This document shows, piece after piece, positions 25,937 to 37,303 of a stretch of 64,000 nt of DNA (the first letter of the stretch is position 1; each line of letters starts with the position of its first letter). The stretch spans positions 1-64,000 of the IMG/VR virus record IMGVR_UViG_3300045988_154841; one strand, written 5' to 3'. The stretch is from a virus. The notes beneath the pieces were generated by a model that was not told the origin of the DNA, searched no databases, and saw only the letters and a list, made by a program, of their open reading frames with translations. The translations under genes and the position numbers were made by a program.

Positions 25937-27952
25937 ATGTTTGGAGGTAATAGTAATCCCCTTGTGGATATAGGTATATCCATGACTTTAAAGGATAAGT
26001 TCTCTGGGCCTGCTGGTGGAGTGCTGTCTAGTTGGAGAAGTCTTCTCCAGAATATGAATACCTATTCTCGAGGAGTACAGCAAATATTTGCTAATTCAGC
26101 TGCTCGGAGTGCTAGTATTCTTCAAGGGATGTATGGAGCTTTTCAATATTCAGCAGCAGTACAAAAGAATGCCTTCCTTACTTCAAAAATGATGAAGAAC
26201 ATAAAGGATGAGCATTTTGATTTCCTAGGTCTAGCTAAGGAGATAAATGAGAGGAACCCTCTAACTGCTATGGATATAACCTCGGGCCAAAAGTTTATGG
26301 CCATGGCGGGTATGACAGCTAATCAAATCAAGAATGCTGCTGAGCCTGCTGCCCAGTTAGCAGCTATTTTTGATATGAGTATGGGCGGTAAAGGAGGTAC
26401 TGCTGACCTCCTAACCAATATCATGGCAACTTTCCAACTGGAAGCCGATAAAGCTAGTAAGGTTGCCGATGTATTATCTGCCGGTACCACTTCTGCTAAT
26501 ATGTCTATGCAGGACTTAGCTCAATCTATCAAATATGTTGGAGCTAATGCTAAGATGTCTGGTATGAGTATAGAAGAGGTTACTGCAGCTATAGGTGTAC
26601 TTGGTAACTATGGTATTCAAGGCTCTATGGCTGGTACTAACTTGGGTCAAGCTTTAAATACTTTAAATAAGGCCATAACTGGAGCTTCTGAAAAAGGAGC
26701 TTCTGCTTTAAAAGCCATAGGATTAAGCCCTAAAGATTTACAGACAGCTAGAGGGGATCTCATACCTATTCATGAGATGTTGACTAAGATAGCTAATGTA
26801 ACTTCTGGTATGGGCGGAGTACAAAAACAAGGAATACTATTCAACCTATTCGGTCAACGTGGTTTACGTGCTATTGTGCCTTTGTTAGAGGATATATCTT
26901 CAGGCTCAAATAAGTACATGGAGATTATGGGCCATATAAATAAGTCTCACGGTTGGCTAGATAAAACTACCAAAGAATATATGGAGTCTCCGGAAGGTAA
27001 GATTAGGGCTCTAACTTCAGCTTGGGAAAACTTTGTAGTCTCTGCCGGTTCTACACTATCGGGTGTATTTACTCCAATATTAACCACCTTAACCAAGATA
27101 ACACATTACTTAAATCAATTTGCTAATGGTGGCTTTGGAGGTATTCTAATTAAGGGTACGGCAGTTTTAGTAGGCATAAGGCTAGCGGTTAAATTAGGTA
27201 CTATGATGGTATATGCTGCTAAAGCTTTTACCAATAACTTAGTGGCTGCTAGTTCTGGGACTAATACCATGGCTTCTGGTTTGGGTAGAGCAAATGTACA
27301 AGCTGCTCAATTAGAAATACATCTAAGGAATATAGTAACTCTATTAGCTGCACAACACCTTGGGCCAGGTCAACAGATAAGATTATGGGGAGGTTATGCT
27401 TACAGAGATGCCAGTGGTAGAATGGGCTTCAATCGAGGTAAGAAAGGTGGAGTAGGTTTAGGACAATCTTTCTTTGGTCCATTTGGAATGGCCGCAGGTC
27501 CAGGAGGAGTAGCTGCCAGAACTACTGCTGCTAATTTCGGTACTCCTCTTTATAGAGGAACTTCTACCTATATGAGTAAGATGGTAGGTCAACATCTGGG
27601 TAGACAAATCGGCTTAGGTGTAGCTAGAGTTGGAGCTAGTGTAGTTGGTGTTGGTAGTAAAGTATTAGGCTTCTTAGGAGGTCCTTGGGGAATGGCTTTG
27701 TCATTGGGTATATCATTCATACCTATGATTTGGGATTGGATTTCAAACAGTTCTGGAGATAAAAAGACTCAGGAAGATATAGCTACTAGGGAAGCTGCTC
27801 AAAGGGCAGAGATGATAAAGGCTATAAGGGAAGGTTCAGCACAAAAGATCTCTATAGACATTAATGGCAATAGTGCAGGGATGTTTGGTGATGGAGACCA
27901 CTTAAATGTAGATATGGGAGGAGATTATGTAAATTATTCATTGGGTGATTAA
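25937..27952 (+). CDS. Tail tape measure protein
   Basis: The TMP core SMQDLAQSIKYVGANAKMSGMSIEEVTAAIGVLGNYGIQGSMAGTNLGQALNTL is present, with Gly/Ala-rich and hydrophobic C-terminal segments. The ORF is 671 aa. Confidence 0.85.
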   Translation: MFGGNSNPLVDIGISMTLKDKFSGPAGGVLSSWRSLLQNMNTYSRGVQQIFANSAARSASILQGMYGAFQYSAAVQKNAFLTSKMMKNIKDEHFDFLGLAKEINERNPLTAMDITSGQKFMAMAGMTANQIKNAAEPAAQLAAIFDMSMGGKGGTADLLTNIMATFQLEADKASKVADVLSAGTTSANMSMQDLAQSIKYVGANAKMSGMSIEEVTAAIGVLGNYGIQGSMAGTNLGQALNTLNKAITGASEKGASALKAIGLSPKDLQTARGDLIPIHEMLTKIANVTSGMGGVQKQGILFNLFGQRGLRAIVPLLEDISSGSNKYMEIMGHINKSHGWLDKTTKEYMESPEGKIRALTSAWENFVVSAGSTLSGVFTPILTTLTKITHYLNQFANGGFGGILIKGTAVLVGIRLAVKLGTMMVYAAKAFTNNLVAASSGTNTMASGLGRANVQAAQLEIHLRNIVTLLAAQHLGPGQQIRLWGGYAYRDASGRMGFNRGKKGGVGLGQSFFGPFGMAAGPGGVAARTTAANFGTPLYRGTSTYMSKMVGQHLGRQIGLGVARVGASVVGVGSKVLGFLGGPWGMALSLGISFIPMIWDWISNSSGDKKTQEDIATREAAQRAEMIKAIREGSAQKISIDINGNSAGMFGDGDHLNVDMGGDYVNYSLGD

Positions 27953-27953
27953 T

Positions 27954-28958
27954 ATGGCTAAGATAATAGACTTTGCTAGTAAAGCTGTTACAGCAGCTAG
28001 AGAGAATATTGGAGATTTGTTGATGGTAAATGATTTTTCTAAGACCGGTAATATCTCTAATATACTTCATTCTAAAGTGAATCAGAAGTGGAGAGCTGCA
28101 ATTTTATTAGACCGGGTAGTTAGACCCGGCCCTAAGAATGTAGACTCTAAGAAGATACCAAATCAGGGCCAGTCAGCTGACTGGCATAAACATGTTTCTA
28201 AAGATCCGAAGGCTAACTCTAATTTCTATGAATATTCAGGAGGTATAAACTCCGGAGTTAACGAAGTAGAAAAAGAACTACGGAATAGAAGAGCACTATC
28301 AGAAGTAATATTTTCACATCCTGATGGTACTGAGCCACACAATTATGATAGGGCTTTTTCTAGAGAAGCTGCTAGGGAGTCTGGTAATGATATCATCTTA
28401 TACAATATGATGGTATCTCCAGTTCAATTTCTAATACTTCAGACAGTACCAAAAGAAATAGAATTTCAGGGAGAGAGTACCTGGGCAGTTATAAACTCCA
28501 TGGGTAGGAATACCCCAATGTATCATTTTACTGGAGCTGAAAGCCTTATACAAATGAACGTATCCTGGTTTTGTAATGATAAAACCAATCCCCAGGAAGT
28601 AGTGGCTAAATGTAGATTGCTTGAGGCTTGGACCAAGGCTAATGGTTATATAGCAGGCCCTCCAGTATTAAAAATACAATGGGGAAGGTCTGAGTTATTC
28701 ACTGACTCTTTATTCATCCTTACTTCAGCTACATACAAGCTTTCAAATTGGAGAGCTGATTCTAAGGTATGGGATTCAAAATCTAAATCTTATAGAAGGC
28801 CCAACGGTTATAAAGACCCTGCTATGTACCCTGCCACAGCTACTCAGGAATTAATTTTTAGGCGGGTAAGTGGGCATAATTTAACTTACGAGGATATAAT
28901 ACCTACTTCTTGGTTAGAAAAGACTAGCGGCTTTGGTAAAGACAATAATAAAGTTTAA
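27954..28958 (+). CDS. Baseplate / tail protein (possibly DNA-circulation-like)
   Basis: This roughly 334-aa ORF lies right after the TMP. I prefer the ATG at 27954 (1 nt after the TMP stop) over the GTG at 27945. The function is assigned by position only. Confidence 0.4.
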   Translation: MAKIIDFASKAVTAARENIGDLLMVNDFSKTGNISNILHSKVNQKWRAAILLDRVVRPGPKNVDSKKIPNQGQSADWHKHVSKDPKANSNFYEYSGGINSGVNEVEKELRNRRALSEVIFSHPDGTEPHNYDRAFSREAARESGNDIILYNMMVSPVQFLILQTVPKEIEFQGESTWAVINSMGRNTPMYHFTGAESLIQMNVSWFCNDKTNPQEVVAKCRLLEAWTKANGYIAGPPVLKIQWGRSELFTDSLFILTSATYKLSNWRADSKVWDSKSKSYRRPNGYKDPAMYPATATQELIFRRVSGHNLTYEDIIPTSWLEKTSGFGKDNNKV

Positions 28959-28959
28959 T

Positions 28960-29223
28960 ATGAGCAATATATCACCCTATAATTCTTCAGATGCGTACAG
29001 GGTAGAATACCCTGATGGAGAATACTCACTAGAAAGAGACGATAAACCCTATAACTTAATTTCCTCAGACGTAGTACATACCGTATTAGAAGGTGAAACT
29101 TTACAGAATATATCCTTTAAATACTTCGGTGATTCAGGTAGATGGGGAGATATAGCAGCTTTGAATGATATAATAGACCCGTTCGATATATCAACAGGCT
29201 TAAATCTATTAATACCCGTATAA
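28960..29223 (+). CDS. LysM-domain tail protein (P2 gpX-like)
   Basis: HTVLEGETLQNISFKYFGDSGRWGDIAALNDIIDPFDISTGLNLLIP is a LysM-like fold motif. I prefer the ATG at 28960 over the TTG at 28933. Confidence 0.65.
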   Translation: MSNISPYNSSDAYRVEYPDGEYSLERDDKPYNLISSDVVHTVLEGETLQNISFKYFGDSGRWGDIAALNDIIDPFDISTGLNLLIPV

Positions 29224-29225
29224 AT

Positions 29226-29756
29226 ATGGCTAACATAAAAGAGAGTAAAAAGAACAATAAGACACAGAAGGAACCTTCTCCTTCTGTGTTATATGAGGGA
29301 ACTGGTACACCTTATATAGCTCTATTCTCAGAAGACGGAGACCCAATATTAAATTCTATAACCGGTATACCATTAGGAGCTTACATGACTTCTTTTGTAG
29401 TAAAGTTAGGAGAAGGTGAAGAGGATGTTGGGAGTATAGTATTAGATACCGGAGATCCTGATACTGTAGATATAGAAGAGATACAGGAGAATAAGAAATT
29501 ATATGTTCAGTGGGGATATATTTATTCAAACGGGCAATCCTTGTCTTCTAAAGTACATGCCTTAGAGATAAAACAGAGGGATGTTACTTTTGATGACCAA
29601 GGTACTCATGTAACTCTATCAGTAAAGGATGCTGTATCTAATTTAAGACAAGATGTACCTTATAGAGCTTCTGGTGATGAAGGTCAAACTTTCGTGGATT
29701 TCTTAGATAATGGTTTAGGTCAAAACCGTAGTGTAATAATAGAAATGTTTGAATGA
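29226..29756 (+). CDS. Hypothetical baseplate-module protein
   Basis: This is a 176-aa ORF in the baseplate cluster. Confidence 0.55.
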   Translation: MANIKESKKNNKTQKEPSPSVLYEGTGTPYIALFSEDGDPILNSITGIPLGAYMTSFVVKLGEGEEDVGSIVLDTGDPDTVDIEEIQENKKLYVQWGYIYSNGQSLSSKVHALEIKQRDVTFDDQGTHVTLSVKDAVSNLRQDVPYRASGDEGQTFVDFLDNGLGQNRSVIIEMFE

Positions 29757-29757
29757 T

Positions 29758-31779
29758 ATGGATAAGAAAATAATTTCAAACCCAGTATACGAAGCTATAC
29801 AACCTGCTACATTAAGTAGAGAGCCGGTGGCAAAAAGTGTTATACTTTATGCTAACCGGTTTTCCGGTGTTGGTGAAAAACATATAGATGATACAGAACT
29901 TTTAGCTGTACTAAATAGTACACTGGGTGGAGCTGGTAATAATGTATTAGTACAGTTAAAGAAGAAGATGGCTTCTTTTAGAAATGGCCCGTGGTATATA
30001 GATTCTCGCAATGGAGCCGTTTATATACACAATAAGAAAATGTCTTCCGAAGCAGTATACACTTACATATATCAATCAGAGAATGGAGAATTATTGGAAG
30101 CATCTTTCAGGACTGTAGAGGTATTTAAACCTTTAGCTGGAGTAGCAGCTGCTTTAAGCGGGCTAACTAAGACTATACTACATCAGCAAAGTCAAATGAT
30201 GGAATTTAATAGTCAGCCTCCAGAAATAAACCTGCCTGTTCCAGGTATAAATCCTAAGTACCCTCATGTTAAAAAATCTGATTATGATAGAATACTCAAG
30301 GTTTATAGGGACCGTCCCGGAGAATACATAGACAGAGAATTACAAAAATTAGAAGCTATAGCTCAGTATAGAGAATCTTTAGCTAACCGACAAAAGAAAA
30401 AGGACCAACTACATAAAACATACCTTAGTCAAACACCAGAAGAACGTTCTCGTAACTTAAACAGCTTAAGAGACCAAGCTTTCGAAGAGAGTAATCAACC
30501 GGCTATGTTTAAGTGGGTTATATCTAAAAACCCGGCAGCCTTGGCAGCTTGGAACAATTATCAGAATTCACTACAGTATTACAGGGATTCAAATAACCCT
30601 CATGTAATATCGGCTTTATCACAAGCCATACAAGAGTTTAAAAAAGTAAATGTAAATACCAAAGACTTACCTGCACACTATTCATACTTTGTCAGAAATA
30701 TTTCTACAAATAAAGTTATAATGCCCACTTATGCAGCAGCTTCTGGTAATACAGAATATGCTAGGGAAGCTTTGGAAAAAGCTAAAGCCGAAGAAGCTCA
30801 GGCAGCTATTCGTAGATTTATAGAATCTCATCCTGATATGCTAATCAGAGAGCCTAAACTAATAAGAGTAACTTGGAGAGATGTAGGTCAGGCTTATGCT
30901 ACCATAGGTTATTCATTAGCTTCTAGGTTATTTGTAGGCACCGTAAGATTTTCTTATTTTGGTTATGGTACTTCTACCAATATGGTAACTGCAGATAGGC
31001 TACTAAAGGATATTAGCGATAGATATGCAGGTTCTAAATATAAACCTATGGGTAATCCTTCTGCTATGGTAAACAATGCTATGTCTAACTTAGGCAGAAA
31101 GAAAAAGGAGAAAAGGCTTCAAGCTAGTATACGAGTAGTAGGTAATCCCATACTAGAATGTATGCAACAAGTAAATGTTCTAAATGTTGGTAAGAAACAT
31201 AGTGGCTTGTGGTATATTACTGCTATAAGCCATAGTCTAGAACACGGTCAAGGTTATATATGTGATATACAGCTTAGTAAACAATTGCCTAAAAATGGTA
31301 GTAAAACCAAAAAATCGGAAATACATACTCAAGCCTATACAGTAGATAATGAAGTACCTAGCCCAAACAACCAGGATAAGAAAAGAGTCAGAAATAAGAA
31401 TACCTCTAAGGGAGTTAGGCCCAAAGCTAATGTGGTACCAGGAAACAATGAATACTCTTATCAGGATGCTCTAAATGAAGATCTTACCTATGCTGAGTCG
31501 GCTTTTATACAAGCTAGAGCTTCTACAGCTAAATCAGATACTGAAGCTGCAGCTATAATATCCTCTGAGTTGCATAACATTGCAGCACATAGGATGAAAC
31601 AAAGAGCTCAGGGAACTAATAATCCTTATGCCGTAGTATCTGGCAAAGATGCTAAAGGTAATACTGTTATAGAAAAGAGGGCTCCAAACACCTATACTCC
31701 ACGGCCTAATAAGAAGTATACTTCTTCTAATTTTGACCGTTGTGTACAAACCTATAAACGTAATAAAAGAGGGAAATGA
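29758..31779 (+). CDS. Baseplate hub protein (late control gene D-like)
   Basis: GLWYITAISHSLEHGQGYICDIQL resembles the conserved gpD C-terminal core. I prefer the ATG at 29758 over the TTG at 29749. Confidence 0.5.
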   Translation: MDKKIISNPVYEAIQPATLSREPVAKSVILYANRFSGVGEKHIDDTELLAVLNSTLGGAGNNVLVQLKKKMASFRNGPWYIDSRNGAVYIHNKKMSSEAVYTYIYQSENGELLEASFRTVEVFKPLAGVAAALSGLTKTILHQQSQMMEFNSQPPEINLPVPGINPKYPHVKKSDYDRILKVYRDRPGEYIDRELQKLEAIAQYRESLANRQKKKDQLHKTYLSQTPEERSRNLNSLRDQAFEESNQPAMFKWVISKNPAALAAWNNYQNSLQYYRDSNNPHVISALSQAIQEFKKVNVNTKDLPAHYSYFVRNISTNKVIMPTYAAASGNTEYAREALEKAKAEEAQAAIRRFIESHPDMLIREPKLIRVTWRDVGQAYATIGYSLASRLFVGTVRFSYFGYGTSTNMVTADRLLKDISDRYAGSKYKPMGNPSAMVNNAMSNLGRKKKEKRLQASIRVVGNPILECMQQVNVLNVGKKHSGLWYITAISHSLEHGQGYICDIQLSKQLPKNGSKTKKSEIHTQAYTVDNEVPSPNNQDKKRVRNKNTSKGVRPKANVVPGNNEYSYQDALNEDLTYAESAFIQARASTAKSDTEAAAIISSELHNIAAHRMKQRAQGTNNPYAVVSGKDAKGNTVIEKRAPNTYTPRPNKKYTSSNFDRCVQTYKRNKRGK

Positions 31780-32492
31780 TGGAAGAAGGATTTATAAGCC
31801 AAGTAGTAGATTCTGGTATAGAAGCTCTTGGCAGATTTTATTCAATATACCGAGGAGTTGTAGTAGATATTGATGATTTTTTAAACATAGACCGTATCAA
31901 GGTTTATGTCCCAGAATTAAATTTGACAGACTGGGCATTGCCGAAAAATAATCATGGTTCACACAACTGTGGATTTAGATTACACCCGTTGCCAAAAGAG
32001 CAAGATATAGTATATATAACTTTTGAATATGGTAATCCTGCTAAACCCTTATGGGAATGGCATTCTTGGGGAGAAGACCAAAAGCCAGCTGATTTCAATG
32101 ATCCAGATGTATGTGGATTAGTTACTCCAAAGGGTACTAAAATACTAGTGAATGACCGTACCGGGGAGATATACATAGGGGCTAAAACTCAACTAGCTAT
32201 ACGAGCAGATGGCCCTGGAATAGTAATCTCAGCTGATAACGTAATGATAAACGCCAACAGTACAAAAGTACATCACGGAGAAAACGGAGGAGTAATAAAC
32301 ATATCTGAATTAACCGATAAACTTAATAAGCTGGTAAGTGAGGTAGAAACTCTCAAGTCTAGTTTCAATTCACATACTCATGGGGGAGTAACTTCTGGAC
32401 CAGGTATAACTAGTGTACCTAATAATCCAGTAACGAAACCAATTTCTACTTTTAATAAAGAAGATTACGAAGATGAAACTTTTCTGCATTAA
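31776..32492 (+). CDS. Baseplate spike / assembly protein V-like
   Basis: It has an OB-fold-like N-terminus (YRGVVVDIDDFLNIDRIKVYVPELNLTDWALP) and a C-terminal HTHGGVTSGPGIT motif. Confidence 0.6.
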   Translation: MMEEGFISQVVDSGIEALGRFYSIYRGVVVDIDDFLNIDRIKVYVPELNLTDWALPKNNHGSHNCGFRLHPLPKEQDIVYITFEYGNPAKPLWEWHSWGEDQKPADFNDPDVCGLVTPKGTKILVNDRTGEIYIGAKTQLAIRADGPGIVISADNVMINANSTKVHHGENGGVINISELTDKLNKLVSEVETLKSSFNSHTHGGVTSGPGITSVPNNPVTKPISTFNKEDYEDETFLH

Positions 32493-32494
32493 TC

Positions 32495-32908
32495 ATGGAC
32501 AATAAAAATACTTATAATCACAACATAGAGACTATTGGTACTGGAGCTATATTTCCTATAACTTTATCAAAGAATAAGGATGGTTTAGTTGGTTGGTACC
32601 CAGTACAAGGTAGCCCAAGTCTTATAGAGAATAATCTAAGAGCTCTCATTGAACATTCTTTAGGTCAACGTTTAAGGGAGGAATCTTTTGGTACTAGACT
32701 ATGGGAATGTATAGAAGAGCCTAATACTCAGGCTCTTACTTTTATGGTACGAGAGTTTTTAAATCAAGCTATAACTCAGTTTGAACCACGAGTTAAGATA
32801 CATAATGTTACAACTGTACGTAATGGTACCAAACTAAGTATAGTAATGGAATATTCTGTATCTAATACGAATCAACAATCTTTCATGGAATTAATATTTA
32901 ATCAATAA
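32495..32908 (+). CDS. Baseplate wedge protein, gp25 / GPW family
   Basis: GTGAIFPI and IENNLRALIEHSLGQRLREESFGTRLWECIEEPN match the GPW_gp25 pattern. The ORF is 137 aa. Confidence 0.7.
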   Translation: MDNKNTYNHNIETIGTGAIFPITLSKNKDGLVGWYPVQGSPSLIENNLRALIEHSLGQRLREESFGTRLWECIEEPNTQALTFMVREFLNQAITQFEPRVKIHNVTTVRNGTKLSIVMEYSVSNTNQQSFMELIFNQ

Positions 32909-32913
32909 ACAAT

Positions 32914-34620
32914 ATGGCTTTAACTAATAAATGGACTAATCCTTTTAGGAGATCCTACCAAGACATTAAAAATGATCTTATAGAGGGACTGCAAAAAATA
33001 TCTGGAGAAAATGGTAAACCATTAATCACTGATATCTCTGAGGGTAATATATTGGTAATGATATTATCTCTATTTGCAGCGATAGCAGAAACTTTACACT
33101 ACTACATAGATAATATGGCCAGAGAGTGTTTCATAAGCACTGCTAGAAAATATAGCTCAGTTGTAAAACAGGGCTTACTAGTAGATTATCTACCAAGAGG
33201 TGCTAATGCTGCTACGGTAGATGTAATACTGACCCGAGAGTTGGAAGGAGCAAATTCAGGAGCAGAGATCCTTATACCAAAGGACACGGTATTCACCGAT
33301 TCGAATAATAACACTTGGTTGTCTGCTAAGGATATAGTATGGGGTAAAAATTCTTCTTCTGTAGTGGTGCCATTAATACAACATGAGTTATTTACTGACT
33401 CTACTTTAAATGACACTAAACTAACCGACCAATCATATTTAGACCTAGATTCAGACTTATCTGGCAAGTACATAGAACGTGGTACTGTAGATTTATCCTT
33501 GAATGGTGAAAAATGGGTATTAGTAGACACTTTCGCATACTCTTCACCTACTGATAAACATTATAGGTTTAGTGCTGCTGAAGGTGAAGTACCTGTTATC
33601 GAATTCGGAGACGGCAGGTTTGGTAAACAGCCTACTGTAGGTAGTACTATAAAGGTACAATTTTATATAACTTCTGGTAAGTCTGGGAACGTATATGAGA
33701 ATTCTATTACTAAGGCACCTGCTGTAGTTACTTCAGTTATACCTACTGCTACTTGCAATAACCCCTTTGCTTCTGGAGATGGCTTTAATTATGAGTCTTT
33801 GGAAATATTGCGTAGGAATATACCTCTTCACGCTAGAACTATGGCGGTAGCTATAACAAAACAAGATTTTATAGATTGTGCTAAGTTAGTACCTGGTATA
33901 AAAGACGTATCTATAGAGTATATATGCGGGCGTAAACTAAATCTATATGTTTCACCCGTGGGTGGAGGTATAGCTTCTACCACTTTACTGAATAAGGTGG
34001 AAGATTATTTACTTAAGCATGCTCCCATGACTACTTGGTTAAACGTATTACCAGCAGGTATATCAAAGATTAACCTTGGTATGGAAGTGACAGGTAAGCC
34101 CTCATTTAATCTTCCTGAAATACAAAAAGCTATAATCAGGGTTTTATATGATACTTATTCTTCAGAGAAAGCTAGTATAGGCGGTAAAGTAAGAATCTCA
34201 GATATATACGCTCTAATAGACAATCTTCAAGAAGTTGACTTTCTACAGATTAAAAAATTCTATGTAACCCCGTGGCCAAAAATAATATATGGTAATACTC
34301 AACTAGATATTGAGATAACTGCCTTGAGCAAAGCTAAGGGTAGGATGTCTTATATCCTGAGTTTTGAAAGTGAATCTGTTTTCTCTATCTATTCTACTGA
34401 AAACAGGTTTGAACTAGAACATCAGTCAGTTGGACAGGTTACTGTAGATGATACTATAAATGGTTTTAATTTCTCTATTAAGGTAAAGGGTACCTATGCT
34501 TTGGGTAATAAATATCAAATAACTCTATCGGAACCAAACTTGGACTACGAAGAGCCCGGATATAATCAGGTGATATTTGACCATAACTTGTTAACTCTAG
34601 ATATACATGAAACGTTATGA
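32914..34620 (+). CDS. Baseplate J-like protein
   Basis: This 568-aa ORF lies directly after the gp25-like gene, in the conserved W-J-I order. Confidence 0.55.
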   Translation: MALTNKWTNPFRRSYQDIKNDLIEGLQKISGENGKPLITDISEGNILVMILSLFAAIAETLHYYIDNMARECFISTARKYSSVVKQGLLVDYLPRGANAATVDVILTRELEGANSGAEILIPKDTVFTDSNNNTWLSAKDIVWGKNSSSVVVPLIQHELFTDSTLNDTKLTDQSYLDLDSDLSGKYIERGTVDLSLNGEKWVLVDTFAYSSPTDKHYRFSAAEGEVPVIEFGDGRFGKQPTVGSTIKVQFYITSGKSGNVYENSITKAPAVVTSVIPTATCNNPFASGDGFNYESLEILRRNIPLHARTMAVAITKQDFIDCAKLVPGIKDVSIEYICGRKLNLYVSPVGGGIASTTLLNKVEDYLLKHAPMTTWLNVLPAGISKINLGMEVTGKPSFNLPEIQKAIIRVLYDTYSSEKASIGGKVRISDIYALIDNLQEVDFLQIKKFYVTPWPKIIYGNTQLDIEITALSKAKGRMSYILSFESESVFSIYSTENRFELEHQSVGQVTVDDTINGFNFSIKVKGTYALGNKYQITLSEPNLDYEEPGYNQVIFDHNLLTLDIHETL

Positions 34621-37274
34621 TAAACATTAGGAATTTAATAGAATTTTTACCCAATTACTTTAAAGTTAAAGACACTTATAAAGTAAATGGTAAGGGCATC
34701 CTAGAAAGATTTCTAGAAATATGTGGAAACTATTTTGTTGATAACATTAAAACTCCAATAGATAATTCTCTAGACGTAATTAATCTAAGGACCACTAGTT
34801 CTCAATATCTTTCTTGGTTGAGTGACATTTTAGGCCAATTGCCTTTTATAAAGATAACTGGAGTTTCTCCTCTATTTTTGACCGAAGACCAACAGAGAGA
34901 CTTAGTAAAATACGGTAATAGTTTAATCAAAATAAGGGGCACTCAAAAGTTCTTTGATGTAATCTTTAAACTATACTCGAATCCCATAAATAAATTAGAA
35001 TTAGTAAGTGTAGAATATAGTAATTTCGGATGGGTACAATCTAAACTATCTCCTCGAGAGTATATAAAACGTAGGGTAGGTAATGTAGAAACTAAAGCTA
35101 CTCAGACAGACCCGAATGTTCTATGGCCTTATTTAGATGTAGATAACCTAGATAATGATGGGATACGTTTTGATGAGTACTATTCAATTAAGCAATGCGT
35201 AGAAGTAACTTTCAATATAAAGGGTGAATTTGGTGGCAGTGGTCCTACAGAACAGGTTAAAATACCCTTAAAAACTTTTATAGAACGGTTTGTACCCTAC
35301 AATGTAAAGCCTATTGTTAAACTGAATGGCGAGATTATCACTGAAGTATATTCCTTGATTCTAGAGGTTCAGAAGAATGGCAAATGGGTATCAGTACAAA
35401 ATGAAATTCTGAACTTAGAGTCTGGTAGTATATTTAAGGCTAGAGTATATGTAGTGAATAATACCGGAGATAAAATGGATAATATACCTTTCAATTCTTC
35501 CTTAAATGGAGGACAAGCCATAGAAAGGTCCGGTATATATCAGTTTAATATATCCAGTGTATTAAAGTCAGAGGATACTTACAAATTTACATTGGGTTCT
35601 GATACAAAAACTTTAAGGGTAAAAGCTGTAGTAGAAATACCCAAGACCTATTTCATAGGTTTAAACCCCACAACCTTTACTCAATCAAGTGTAAATCAAC
35701 AAGGTACTTGTTTAGTAACTTCTTATTATACACAAGGCACTAAGAAAGTAGCTACTTCTGTAATGTGTTTGGAAACGGGAGAAATTAAGACTCCAATCTC
35801 TGGAGAATATAGTACCGGATGGCTATTTAAAAATCCAGGTAAATATACTTTCCTAGTAGTGGGCCATACTTCAACTCAAGCTGTTTATGATTTTAAGCCT
35901 TTTAAGTTAAAGTATAGTGTAAAACTTGCAGAAGCTATTCAAGATACTAAAACTTCTCCTCTAAAACCTGGGACTTATACGGATGATCTGATAATCAAAA
36001 TAGGCTCTGATAAAATTCCTAAGGTTTTTGTGAAAGTAGAATGTAATGACCCCTCGGTACCCAATGATAAACTATCTTGCTTTATACATGGCTATGATAT
36101 TAGTAAGATATATACAGGTCTTATATCGGCTCCGGGTTTAGGTACTTATACCTTTATACCTTCTGAAGCTAAGGCAGGTGATGATAGTACTAATGCTAAC
36201 TTAACGGTTATATCTGCTAGTTTAGCTTTTTCTGTAGAATTACACGCTTATGAGACTTATCCTAAAGATAGTGAAATAACTAATGAGAAATCATCTACTT
36301 GGGCAGAGTTTCGTGCAATACCTCTTTCACCAGAGGCCCGAGATCTACTAGATGGAGGTCTAGCTTTTATGGTAAAATTGCCTAGCGGTGAAATAATAGA
36401 AGTACCTTATGAGCAATTGATTAAAAGGCCTAGCTTCACTATGCAATCTGGTAGATTCGATGAATTAACGATAACTACTAGTGATCCTGGTACTTATACC
36501 GTTTGGGTAAAGGTATACCCCATAAATAAGGTTTCTTGGGTAGTACGAGATAATAGGCATGAAGAAGTGATACCTGAAGGTATAATGATAGTGCCTGTGG
36601 GCTCAAATGTTGGTTGGTCTGGAGTAGATACCCAAGATACTATTTATCAACTATCTCCTACAGAGATACAGGCTAAATTCAGTATAGAAGCTTATGGTAC
36701 TCTAAACGGTAAAAAAACTATAGTTAGTTTAAGTAAATATGAGCTAGAGTCAAGCAATGGTAAGAGATATAATCTATCCACTGAATATATCGAAAAAGAT
36801 CCCGGTGAGATAACCTTCAGAGCGTTAGCAATCTTTAAGGACGGTTATACTCATAAAGAAGCTAAGTTAACTATAAAGGATTTTGATACTGTAGTAGATC
36901 TTAGGTGTACTCCTTCATATAGTTACTTGATAAACGGTCAAGCTATAACTAGGCTAAATATAACTATCAATAAGCCAAAGGCATCTCTAGAGATTGTAAA
37001 TAAAGATAATGATGATATATACGTAAACGGTAGTATATTCACTGCATACGAGCCAAAAATATATACTTTTATGGCTCTGGTAGATGGTAAACCTGTTATG
37101 GATGGTTCTGGTAATCCAGTATCTTGTACCTTTGAGGTAATAGATCCTTCTGTAATAAAGGTTTCACCTGCTCGTATAGAATTTAAATCCGACGGTACTC
37201 CAGTGAAAGAACATGGTAATATAATCACTATAGAAGCTGGAGAAAGTACTGAGTGGTCCTTGGAGATTGTATAA
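34617..37274 (+). CDS. Baseplate / tail fibre protein (gpI-like N-terminus plus Ig-like repeats)
   Basis: This 885-aa ORF has an ATGA overlap with the J-like gene. Its N-terminus is LPNYFKVKDTYKVNGKGILERFLEICGNYF. Confidence 0.45.
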   Translation: MINIRNLIEFLPNYFKVKDTYKVNGKGILERFLEICGNYFVDNIKTPIDNSLDVINLRTTSSQYLSWLSDILGQLPFIKITGVSPLFLTEDQQRDLVKYGNSLIKIRGTQKFFDVIFKLYSNPINKLELVSVEYSNFGWVQSKLSPREYIKRRVGNVETKATQTDPNVLWPYLDVDNLDNDGIRFDEYYSIKQCVEVTFNIKGEFGGSGPTEQVKIPLKTFIERFVPYNVKPIVKLNGEIITEVYSLILEVQKNGKWVSVQNEILNLESGSIFKARVYVVNNTGDKMDNIPFNSSLNGGQAIERSGIYQFNISSVLKSEDTYKFTLGSDTKTLRVKAVVEIPKTYFIGLNPTTFTQSSVNQQGTCLVTSYYTQGTKKVATSVMCLETGEIKTPISGEYSTGWLFKNPGKYTFLVVGHTSTQAVYDFKPFKLKYSVKLAEAIQDTKTSPLKPGTYTDDLIIKIGSDKIPKVFVKVECNDPSVPNDKLSCFIHGYDISKIYTGLISAPGLGTYTFIPSEAKAGDDSTNANLTVISASLAFSVELHAYETYPKDSEITNEKSSTWAEFRAIPLSPEARDLLDGGLAFMVKLPSGEIIEVPYEQLIKRPSFTMQSGRFDELTITTSDPGTYTVWVKVYPINKVSWVVRDNRHEEVIPEGIMIVPVGSNVGWSGVDTQDTIYQLSPTEIQAKFSIEAYGTLNGKKTIVSLSKYELESSNGKRYNLSTEYIEKDPGEITFRALAIFKDGYTHKEAKLTIKDFDTVVDLRCTPSYSYLINGQAITRLNITINKPKASLEIVNKDNDDIYVNGSIFTAYEPKIYTFMALVDGKPVMDGSGNPVSCTFEVIDPSVIKVSPARIEFKSDGTPVKEHGNIITIEAGESTEWSLEIV

Positions 37275-37303
37275 CTAATTAATCACTAATTAATATTACT
37301 AAG